Source of the DNA: Trichoplax adhaerens
Taxonomy: Eukaryota > Animalia > Placozoa
Direction of reading: 5' to 3'
DNA: 64,000 nt
Assembly (NCBI RefSeq): GCF_000150275.1
Contig: NW_002060945.1
Span: 8,262,011-8,326,010, forward strand
Shown here: positions 1 to 12,260 of the stretch, piece after piece
Numbering within the stretch: position 1 is the stretch's first letter
How the letters are laid out: each line of letters begins with the position of its first letter
The notes under the pieces: generated by a model
Databases searched by the model: none
Seen by the model: only the letters and a program-made list of their open reading frames with translations
What the model was told of the DNA's origin: nothing
Position numbers and translations under genes: made by a program

Positions 1-1404
1 TGGATTAAAAGTAAATTTATACCGGGCGAAATTTCAAAGAAATGGTCAATTGACTCCTGCTATAATCCAAGTTCCTGTTGATAAATCCGCGCACTCAATG
101 CATGATTTTATCAGCGATTGCCAAATTATTAAGTAAGATATGATATTCGTTACTAAGAATAATGCAGCAAAATGAAAATTAAAATTTAATGATATTGTTT
201 GCTTACCTTGAAAAATTATTGATTGATAAACTACTGTGTAATTATAAATAATAACTTCTACCATTACGTTCTGATTGATAATTAAATTCATTATACTATT
301 TCTGATTATAAATAAATTAATCTTAAAATAAGATCACAAGAATCGCAATATTTCGCCAAATTTCTTGGTATTTACTATACTCCATCGCCCACAATAACGC
401 CTATTGGAATTTTTAAAAATTCAATTTTAACCCTTCAAGACTTAATCCTAAACGATCAAACGATTGTCAGTGACACAGATAAAGATTTGACTAGATTAAA
501 GAAGATTTATTTTATGGTTAATCAGATTATACAAGGTATCATGTATTTACATAAAAGTAAACTAATCCATGCCCATTTGACAGCTGGAAACATATTAGTA
601 AATTGTACTGCTAAACAATCTCACAACTATAAGTATAGTGCACTATGGATACTTCAGACATTAGCTTGTAAAGTAGTTCAAGAGTAACAACATACCAGTT
701 TTTCTAGATATCTACCTTAATAAATTAAAAATATCTAAATTTGGTCATGGTGCAGACAGTAATTTTTTTAGTGATTAAGATTGTCCAATGTCGACTTATA
801 TTAAGCGATCTATTATTTATTGTAATAGATTATTTTCCGAGAAGATCAACTCGAATTAAAACTGTGTCATGCAACGACAGAATCTACACTCTATCAATGC
901 AATAATTTCGAAAAATCAACAATTCACTATTATTTGGCTCCTGAAGTCTTAAAATGTAAGTGTATACATATATATATATATAATAGCTAATTAGCTAAAG
1001 TTATAGATATATAAAAGAATCGGTAACTTTATTTATACTATCCTAATTTCTGATATAGATCAAGTAATTTAATATGAGCAAATATTTTATCACAAACTTA
1101 GCCCATCGTATTTTATTCTATGCGATTAGATAATAGTTATGAAGAAGCTTTAGATATTTACAGCTTAGCCATCTTATTTTGGGAGATTTGGTATTGGAAA
1201 TTAATCGCTAATGCGTTCAACTGGAATATTGGTACTGATCACGATCAAAAGATAAAAGATTTATTTGCAACAAATGAACTTGTTCCTAAGCTTCATGAAG
1301 ATATGAGCAATATATGTGCCGATTCCCTAGCTATTGATCCAGAAAGGAGACCGGATATTAAATCTTGGCACCATAAGCTAGAGGAGGCGTTAAAGTCTCA
1401 TTGA
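1..1404 (+). CDS. 3' end (pseudokinase domain) of a dynamin-like GTPase-pseudokinase gene, paralogue of 20099-26052; 5' part lies outside the window
   Basis: GT-AG exons <1-132, 333-597, 829-955, 1130-1404 splice in frame: GLKVNLYRAKF..AIIQVP / ..QGIMYLHKSKLIHAHLTAGNIL / LKLCHAT..YLAPEVLK / ..DIYSLAILFWE..DPERRPDI. Collinear with 24.7-26.05 kb, with the same intron phases. An upstream GTPase domain is inferred from the paralogue. Confidence 0.88.
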
Positions 1405-4400
1405 TAAAATTTTTAGAGGTTTCTCTTATTAATGGGTGATAATTTTTAAATCAATAATGTCGATTAGTTAGATATACAATTATCCGTCGATAGAGCTTCG
1501 AGGAAATCTCAGAATAAGTACTCGTCAGTATATAGGTTTATTAATTGCAGTGACCAATAGTAATTTGAAGGTAAAGATAATACGATAATAATTATATAGA
1601 GCTGGAGACATTGCCAGATAAATGCATAGTAGAATACAATATACAAACGATTGAATATGCTTATAGCAAGGATTGGATAAGAAATACATGTTTATAAATT
1701 ATTGATGTAATGGTTATAATTAAAAATATAAAATATCGTCTATGTGTGTATTTATTCTTATCTAGAGTGAGATATTGTATTATAGAATTATTTCTTACAC
1801 AAGAAAATCGCCATTATTACTCAACGTAGAAATATCAGACATTTATCAGCAACTGCACACGATATTAAATCTGATTTCGTGAAACTGTGTTAATGTAAGC
1901 CTGCATAAGATGCTGTACAAACTGTCACAAGAAATAACATTAATATTCTGTTATTATTATAAGATTACCATTATTAATGTAGCAAAATCTTTTAATCCCT
2001 TATGTTACAAATAGCCTCAGTGATCGTGTTTAGTGTGATGTTTCGGAAGGTTTACGGTCCGTCATAATCGCAATTAAATTACCAGAGAAGTAGAATTTAT
2101 TGGAATTAGTTTACGAAAAAACCGTGTGAGATTATAGCGTATACAACGACGTGGCTAGTCGAATAGCTATAGCAATGTAGAATGGGTAAAGTGTGCAAGC
2201 TTACCGTGCAACTAGCAGAAATAGCTTACGAAATAGATGTAGAATTAGCGCTTTTATAATATAAGAAACACAGCTCGAGGAAATTATTCATAAAACATGA
2301 ATGACTATTGAGAATGGCTTAATTCTATATTAGGTTAGTTCGATGATACAATCAAGCTAGAGTATAAGAGATTTCCACAATATAAATAGTTAAATGTTGA
2401 TTATACAAATAAGGATTTTTGTTACAATCTATATGAAAATTAACTTTACTAAGAGTATAATATACCGTATTCAGAAGTATACACTACATTTAGATTTCAG
2501 GAATAATATGTTGATAGGAATAAATCGTGAATAAGACATGTTTGAAATTGATTTTTTGCAATTACATCCCATATCTTTACAACGTCGGATTTACTATTTA
2601 AGAAAACATACCTTAGAATTCATAGCGAAATTGGCTCATCATTGCCTAAGGTGGTACTGTATAAAAATGCAATAAGAGCAATGCATAGATATAACCTCAT
2701 TATCAAGTCATTTGTAACTTTCCAGTAATTATTTTCTTGTATCAATTCAAAGCAAAATATAAATCATAATTTTAAATTTAATTATGATTTTATTTACTAT
2801 GCTATGCAATAAGCACTTACATGATATCTAGTCTTAATAAAACAGTAATAAATATACATATGCAATATATGTACTTACTTCATCCCATAAATAATAAAGT
2901 AGAACTCGAATTGCCACTTACTTTCAGAATAATCAACTGTAGATTTTCTTCGCCGACTTTAAAATAGCCTAAGAAGTTTAAAAAACTTTTAGCCTCTAAA
3001 CTTCTAAATTCTATAGTTACCCCAGCAATGTCAACTAGTACTCGCATTCCTTTTAAAGTATTCCATGAAGTGATTAAAGCAGATTACAAATAAATAACAA
3101 TGAGAAATTGGAGAAGATGATCATGTTGTCCAAACTCCTATCTCAATTATCTAGATCTGTTGCAAAGAAAGAGTTTGTCTTTTCATGTCTGGAGGAGAAG
3201 AGGATGACAACCGAGGCCTTGATAAATAGAATTTCTTATTTCGATAAAAATTATCTTTTACGCCTCCCATCAATCCTTAATATATTCGTAAAGTTGTTTA
3301 TCAACAATTGCTGATCATTATCTTGTATTTCATTTTTATGCTATTTGTGATCGAATTAATGTATTTAGGAGGATATTAGAATTCATGAAAAGGCGGTTAC
3401 ATTTTTCGGATTTTCTTATAAATCTTTAAATATAATTCCTACTATTCTAGGTGATCTAGTCCCACGGTAGCCTTTTCATACAGTGCGAAGTAAGCCTTAT
3501 GAATGATTTGTTTATCAGCTAAATTTCTTGTTGAAATCAATACAAATTTGACTTATCATAATTTATACGAGATTATTTCCTACAATGTTATATTCAACGA
3601 ATAAAATATGCAAGTATCGGTAAAATGAAAGTTTCAATTAAAATTTTGCAGAATTATGCACGCAAGTCGAAATCATTTAAAGAATCACATACTATTATAA
3701 GGTTATAATATTGTGCACGCTTAATTGCAAACTGTAATATCATAAGTATATCCAGCATAAAATAATGTAGTTTTTGGAACAAAATAGAGGGATTCTACTA
3801 TGAAATAAAATTAAATTATTTCTTTATTGTTACAATCACTTGCAATACATTGTAACACAGTGCACGTATAATTCGCAGAAAATAACTAAAATCATCTAGT
3901 ACTTCAGGGTAAAATAATCCTCTGTATCACAAAGTAAATTAAAGACTTTAATTTAAGATACCGGTATTACAATTACTCCGAAAGCTGTAACTGTGGTATA
4001 AACGAATTGCGCTATTCTAAAAATTATTTTCGGAGCTATAATTTTATGGTACCCTTAAATTCTCAGAGCATAAAATTTCGTTAAAAGTGAAGTTGATACA
4101 TACAGTAGGTGTCAGTAAATTAATCAGGAAAATATTAGTGCAATAAAACATAATGGATTTCATTTACCGTAGAAATACTAATAAAACGTAATTCGCTTTA
4201 GCTATATAATACTGGTATAAAATCCGATCACGAAAATTCAGAACTTTATTAGATCTAATACAAAGGTTAGCTACACACGTCGCTACTCTAGCTGAATACA
4301 ACTACTGAAAGACTCCCAGAAAGAAAAATCAGATAATCTAATATCACTTACTTTTATACTCTCCATAATCTTCGCAGCTAAAATCAATATAGCAATATTT

Positions 4401-5402
4401 CACCTTATAAACATAAACAAATTATTATTAGTAATAACATTTTACAGCGGACCATCATTAATCCAATATAGAAACGATTACAGTAATTGCGTAGACATTA
4501 TTCCTACCACTCAAAGTACAATGATCTAATCATTTCCTAATCTATAATTTACCGTTCTATTTTTACCTCTGACTCTATTATTAGCTGTCACAAAACAACT
4601 TTCGTGATGGAACCTAAACTAGTCTATCTACTCTATTCAATCTCCCGACTAACTTCAGAATATACTCTATAAGGAGCTAATCAATTCCAGTATTAGAGAG
4701 CTGAGTCAATCGATAGGGTTTAGGTTAATCAAACTTTATTTATTACTAGCTATTAAAGCAAAGCACCAATGTACTCTACATCATCTTCAGTGGAACTGAA
4801 GATAAAACTAATTAACATTTCTTGTATAATTTTTCTAATCTTATACAAATGCACCGGTGCTAACCAGTATTAACATTAACAATATCATAGAAAGTCATGC
4901 ACAATTTATCAGAGGTTTAGTATAGACTAGACCAAGTGTTAATGTTGTTAAGTATCACTAATAAATATTAATTAGCAACTATGAATAATTATAACACCTT
5001 TACATCATATGTTCGCTATCGTTATTTACTATCATACTAATCAATATTATGAAGATATAGCTTAACTCAAGACGTAAATAATAATAATTATCTAACATTT
5101 AAGATTATTGTCTGCCAAAACTCGCGCTTAACAATTATTAATGATCAATATTTTTGATCACATAACTCTAATTGTAACTTAATTCTAAAACTAGAACGAG
5201 GAACTTAGCTCCGTAACAGTGGCTCAACACCCCCACTGTATACAGTCATCCGTACTCTAACATAGAATCTATCATTACAGTCTATAATTATATGCTACTA
5301 AATATACCATAAGATATATATATAGAAACGATACCACCATACATTATACTAAACATGGCTAATAATCTACAATCACAATACTAAGTTACTTTACAAATAC
5401 AT

Positions 5403-8400
5403 TTACATGTCGTGGTCATATTTTCTCAAGATAACATTAACGCCTTCTCTAAAATTTTCAATGATATCAATCTTATCTTGCGCTGTATCCTTTGCCTGAT
5501 AGCCATTTTTCTCACTAGTTTGGCTAATAAAAGTTTCATTGGCTTCTATTTGCTGATATATTTTCCTTCGTATATCCTCGACAAACGTCTTAATTGGATT
5601 AGCATATTTCTGTGCGATTTCGTCAGCTTTCTGTTTCTCAGCTAATTCTAAAAGTATTTTAGGCGCATTTTGTTGCAATATTGATAAAATTCTCTTTCTT
5701 TGTCTATTTCTTTTATTTCTAGACCACACTACACCAACTAGAACACCCAAAACAACAACAGAAATAATTGCTCCAATGCCACCTGTTACACCACCAATGA
5801 CTCCTCCAATAACGGCAGCAGCAACACCATCGGCTATAGTAAGGCCGATAGCAGCACCTGCAACACCACCGCCAACAGCTCCAGTGGTAATACCAAAAGT
5901 AGTATAAAAGTTTCGCCACGATTTTGTTACGTTAGGTGGCGTAACATCAAGCCTTAAACTAATTTCTCCAAGCGATGAAGTGATATTTAAATCGTATAAA
6001 CAATCGAAACTGTCATCATTTATTTGTAATAAATTTTCCAAATTCGCTAAGGCAAGAAAAACATCACCATAACGTGCATCTAAAGATATTTTGATATCAT
6101 CTTGAAATTGTCTAAGTAAGCCATGTTTCTTTTCCCAGAGCGTTAATAAGCGAATAAATCGATCACTGAATAATATACAGATAAGTTCTTTAATATCCTG
6201 GTCAGCAACTTTTTCCCGAATTGGAATATCCTCTAATATCCAGGTCGTCATACCGTTTCTAAAATCGTCGCAGTCCAGAAATATACGCAAAGAATTAGCG
6301 ATTTGTTTAGTTCTATCATCAATAGTCTTTACGATATCTCCATGAAAATCTGGATTTTTTAAAGTGCTCTTAATACTTATTGTATTATTCTTCAGACTCT
6401 TTAAGTAAGAGATCCGAACAGCATCATTTAAGTAAGAACATCTGGATATGAAGCGGTATCGATTGGCTATGACCCCCAATAAACTATAGAACCAACTATA
6501 CATATATGTGTACGATAGATAAAATAAAGCCATCGTTAATGCATAATCTAATACATCAATTTTAGATTTATTAATATACACATCTTTTAGAAAAGGCTTT
6601 TAAAATAAGTGGAGATAACCATAATTGAAACAAAAAATAGGCAGCGTAGATTAATGATTACTATTTACTTTGGCAAATAATTTAAAAATTATTGGGAAAC
6701 TTACCAGCTACTGTTTGTTATTATTTTCTTCAAACTGTCTTCTATGAGTTGAGCAATAATGCAATGTAACGATTTCCATTCGTCTGAAACAAACCCAGCT
6801 TTAAGGTGATTTATTACATTGGTACTGGACAACAATATTAGCTGAGACTCGCGAAAACCAGGCCAAAGTCGTTTTAACTTCTCCTTAATACAATTTTCAA
6901 CGTCATGTTGGTCTTCACGTGCAATGGTGTCCCATTTATTACAAACAAAAATTGCTGATTCCGGAGAAAATAGATGAAATTTTTCTGTATTGAGATTTTG
7001 CGCTTCTGTTATAAGTCTTATAAGCTGTGAAATAATGAAAGATTGAATATTAGATACACTTTTTTATAGCTAATCAGTATAAATCAAATACGGTTATCAA
7101 TGCTTACTCGATCCTCCTTCATACCCCCAGCGTTGCTGACATCGATTACATAAATAATCGAGCATGCATTTGGTAAATATTTCATGACTTGTTCAGTTGC
7201 TAAAGAAGTTTCACCAATTCCAGGGCTATCTACTAGTAATATGCCATCCTAATGGATTTATAAAAAATCCAATTTAATAATCTCCATGTCGTGATGCACC
7301 CCATATTTGATTTTAAAAATAGCTATATTTGATAAAGCTAAATTACTAAGAATAGGTACTATCGTGAAGCTAATATTAGATGATTGATAAATACTATAAT
7401 GATAGCTAATATTAGCTAGTTAACTAATTATGGTATAAGATATATGTGACTAGAAATATTGTAATTTCGAAGATGCCCAACATCGAAAGGTGCTGAAGGT
7501 TAATAGAAGAGTAGTGATATCTTAAGTAGAATAATTTAGATTGTAGAAGATAATGATGTTCAATTTGACAGAAAATGTTTTGTTTGACGACTCATGTCTT
7601 ATTTTAAATTAATCAATTTGTCATAAAAGGATTTAGCGAAATATATTTAAGAACTGCAGAGATGAGCTCAGTGAGAGAGAAGAGACTTCACTTTGTTTTG
7701 AGTTCGGAAGACTTTAGATTTTAGACTAGATTCTTCTAGTAATCAATCATTGCTCTACTATTCCTAAAACTTTGTAAAAGCCTTTAGAAACACCATTGAC
7801 TAAAACTGCTATTGTGAGACACTTTTACTACACCCCACTAATACTAGATGAAACATCAGTTATATACAGTGTTATAAATTTTACTAACGTCGAATAATAA
7901 TTAATTAGCTAGTTCCATACAATGCGAGTTCAACGATCTCTCAACTCACTAGAATCAGAAAGTCTTATTCTACTCTATCATATTGGACGAACCTTCAGAA
8001 ACGGGAAATCCCATTGAATAGTCAGTTTTCCGCTTGCTAATTCTAAATCATCAGCGTCATCGCAAGCGATATCCACATCGTCTGCAGAGATTGAGGCTAA
8101 TAGCATTGGTGTTTCTTCATAAGTCTTATTATCTCTGTTCGATTGAAAAGAACCTCCACTTTTTGCCCCTCTGTTAGTAGATGTTGACGCTTTCGACATC
8201 GATTTCATGGCGTTTTCAATTGTTGCAGCCATATCGGAAATATTATCAATGTTTATTTCTTTACCAGATTTTAACTTCTTATCATTCGCATTCCAAGTAA
8301 AGAGATTAATGCAACGATTTGTAGAATAGCGTAACTTGCTTACGCATGTTGTGGTATGTAAATGGCCAACAGGTAACAATGATTCGCCTAAGATCAAATT

Positions 8401-9150
8401 AATCAGGGTACTTTTTCCTGCACTTACTTCTCCTATAATTATAACCAGATAAAATAGTCACTATCATCTTGTCGTTTACATTATATTTTTAATCAGAAGT
8501 TTAGTAAATATACATTATGTTACCGCATGCAATATAAACACGAAATCAGTAGATATTAATACCAAAGACCAATGTTTGAAAGCAGAAAAGATTACTATTC
8601 GAACGAACCTGCGATTAAAATCGGACATTCTACGCTACGCAAACGGCTAATGTACTTATTCATATTTTCTAAATATTGTTCATCATAAATTTCGACAATG
8701 TCAACCAATTCTGGCTCTAATCCTTGAAAGATTGATTTGTTCACTCCTTCTAATAAACTAATTAATTCCTTTTTATTTTCCGCAAATTTTCTGAAGGCGT
8801 TTTCAATCCTTTGAGCTGACTGCAGTTATTAAAAAAGCAAGTTGATAGTAGGTAACGTATGTATCATACACTAATCAGAATAGCCTATTAGTTACAGTAC
8901 ATCGATAATTTTATTCAATTGCATAGACTAGAACGGTTAAAATAGAACTGACCAAAAAATTGACAGCACTTACGCAGGAGCGATTATAATTTTCAATTGT
9001 TTCGTTTCTTCGAAATAAATGTAATCGTTCTTTAAAATTTTCGATTGTTTTTAATCCACTAGCGTCAATTTTACACCTTTCGCAGAGATTCATGGCAGTT
9101 TTGAAGCTTTGTATTTCGTCGATTTCATTTTCTTTTGGGATATAATCCAT
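5403..9150 (-). CDS. Dynamin-like (mitofusin/BDLP-type) GTPase with C-terminal glycine-zipper transmembrane hairpin, 793 aa, 6 coding exons
   Basis: Exons 9150-8974, 8819-8609, 8432-7993, 7248-7108, 7024-6705, 6495-5403 (2382 nt, open). G1 GEVSAGKS, G2 HTTT, G3 DSPG, G4 NKWD. Hydrophobic GITTGAVGGGVAGAAIGLTIADGVAAAVIGGVIGGVTGGIGAIISVVVLGVLVGVVW is followed by basic SRNKRNRQRKR. Confidence 0.9.
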
Positions 9151-12100
9151 TTTTAGCTGATATGTCTAGCGGTAAGAACAACGTATCGTCGCAAGATTTC
9201 GTTTTATATGAAATTGTACTTCTAATCACTTTAACTGAGAATATAATAGGTAAAGATTAATAAGACTATCGTGTACTGATTTCAACTAATCACAGTAGTA
9301 GTGAGATTTGAAAGGATAATGGAAATATGAATAAAGTATTATGTGATATGGAATAGTCTGATTCATATTTATTTCACTTTTCTGCTACAGCCTTTATAAA
9401 TAATTATGAAAAATGATTTTGATGAAGATATTTTTATGTTTCTACTCGAAGATATCTGACGTTGATTCTATCTCTTGGCACTCGATGTGTTCATTACTAA
9501 TTTAGATATTTTCAAAGCATTTAGGCTATAATCGACCTCATTAATTACAAAAATTCTGCCATAATGGATAGTACATAAAAGACTGGCAGCATCTACTAAT
9601 TTGTAGATATATACTACTGTCATGTGAAAGGCCGCATTACTTTACCTACTTTATATATGTGTACTGTAAGCTAACGAAAAATTTGATACCGTATTTTATA
9701 TCTGCCATAATTACATTATATTGCATTAATGTTTTATAATGATTGATTTTACCACCTTATAGCTTCTGGATAGAAACACTGCACGATGGCTGATCTGCTA
9801 GCGAATTCACAGTCAACAAGTATGCCAATGTCGAATTTTTCTAGCGTTGGAAATTTGAATTTTGTTAAAGCTGTGTTCAAAAGCGATCTATTAAATAAAA
9901 TGGGTGTGTCGGTACAGATTATGGATTAGTTTGATAAGGATATATTTTATCTAGCCTTGACAAGGCGTTGCTATTATCTACTTCAATATGATAAAAACTA
10001 TCGTCTAAGAGCACCGTTCAAATATAAAATACGACCTTATAAGGTTGTATAGAACATAAATCGAAAAGCTTCAATCCTTACTGATATTCATTTCACCTGC
10101 TACTAAAAGTATGAGATGATATAACCTGAAGATCAATCAAGATGTTTCAAAGTGGGAATATATCAAGCTGTGTTCTATACTGCTGTGCATTATGAAAACC
10201 CATCAAACCAGAATGGCGAAATGCTTTTAATTGAGTTGCCTGATGATAACAGTTTAACAATATCTCTCGTGACAGCAGGATTTAGGTAGATACTCCTCCT
10301 ATAAAGCTATAGTAAATAAAACCTATTGGATAGTTCTACTTTTATGTGCATATGTATGCATATATTGTATTTATTCATAAAAAAACTTTTCAATAGATAG
10401 GCAATAATTGAATTCAACTTTTCCGTTATTTTTTGTTAAAAAATAAGACTGTAGACAATCATGTCTGACTCTATCATGGTTGCATTTGTTTCGACGCTAT
10501 TTAAGGCAGCCATGAACAATCAAACGTCGATTTGTGACCTTGCTAGCTCTTTAGTAATCATGAACGGGATTTATATACTTTCAACAGACTGACAGGACTT
10601 ATTTTTCTTCATTGGTGTCCAATTTCAGTACCCGACCAGTTAGTTATAATATCTTGTTTCAGATTTTAAAATGACCAAAACTACCCGATAGATCGGTTCA
10701 AAATCAATTATAGTAAATTCTATTTAACTTTGTTTGATTTAACAGAGATAAAACAATTAACAGATAATTAACAGCAAGATATATCCGACGTCCCTTGCAT
10801 TTACTTTCGATGCCGCATATGGCGGTCTTAAGTTAGAAAATATTAATAATTCGGCTTATTATTTGTTATTGTACTCTATATTTATAACTTGACGAAGTTT
10901 ATTCTATTCAAATCTGCGAAATACAGACATATAATCCAAGCTAATCTAATATTTTCGACCAGGAAAGCAACGTATGCCATATTATCAAAATGAATAGTGT
11001 AGATTTGATTGCGTTTATGCTATGGTTTAGTTTATCGCCAATTTGTAAGAGAACAATAAAATAATATGAGTATACGCATGCACTGCTTTGATGATCAGAA
11101 TATGAAGCACTTTGAACATCTAACCTGATATTAGTAAGGCATCTCTCTAGTTATGCTTAAAGCTACCCTTCTACCCTACTATCATAAAAACAAATTTTCG
11201 AGTTGATTCCACGTTAATTCCTACCTAGACAACAAACGACTGCTATTACTAGTCTCACCTAAAACTAAAGTACGAATAACTGTCAATCATCCTTGTAATA
11301 ATAACTACAGTCGACAGCAATAACGATTTGCAGTGTCAATAATTTATGTAGGCAGAGGCGTAAAGCAATTCAGTGTAACGCTCAGGCAAAGGTATGAAGA
11401 GAAGTCCTACATTCCATGAATAGAGTGCTAAATCGTACAATGAAACTAAAGTAACTATATGAGTTTAATAGCTATTGTAATTATCTTCTTTATTATATGG
11501 ATATAAGATTTAGAATTGTAAAACTAAAACACAATCTTACAGCTTACACACATCATACTGTAAACATGCATGGGATATCAAGCCTTGCTGGAGCAGCGAG
11601 AAATGTACAAATGCTACATTTCAAGTACTAGCTTTTTTTATAAACACTAAACAAAAAACCTTTACGATAGTGGAGTAGTCCCAAAATTGGCTTGAAATTA
11701 TAATTAAATTATAATGATTAAAACTTACACCTCACAGCAAAATTGCCTTATTGAATAAGCTATAAGTACAGTTATTACCATGCTAATGCATTATTTAGAG
11801 GATTAAAATAAGGGAACCTATAGTAATATACATTTTTATTGAAATAACAAGGAAACAATAACATAAAAATAAAAATGTATCTATCTACATTTTGACCATT
11901 TATTGGGCTTGATACACCATCAAAGACAGGAAATTCATATTATATCTTGATCACGAAAATTTATCAGACATTTCTTGTTCTTGGTTAAAAATTTTAAAAT
12001 TTACGGTAGAACTAATTTCTCGATAAATGTAATTGCAGTGAAAAAAGTTAACAGTCAGTTATTCTACAAGCCTTTCGTGAGTATTTTTAGTTGCAATATA

Positions 12101-12260
12101 GAGTATCTTTAACTTAGTGGATGACTTGTAAAACAAGTCATATACGTACAAATACAGAAAATTAATTCATAGTATAATGGAAGAATTCAATAAAATGATA
12201 TTACTTCATAGATACTGTTGCTTCGTATGGGATAATAAAATAAAATAAAATACCTGCAGT

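Noticed and set aside
5412-5919. Short ORFs 5412-5645 (+) and Cys/Trp-rich 5719-5919 (-)
   Set aside because: These are antisense or alternate-frame shadows of the Gly/Ala/Val-rich exon.
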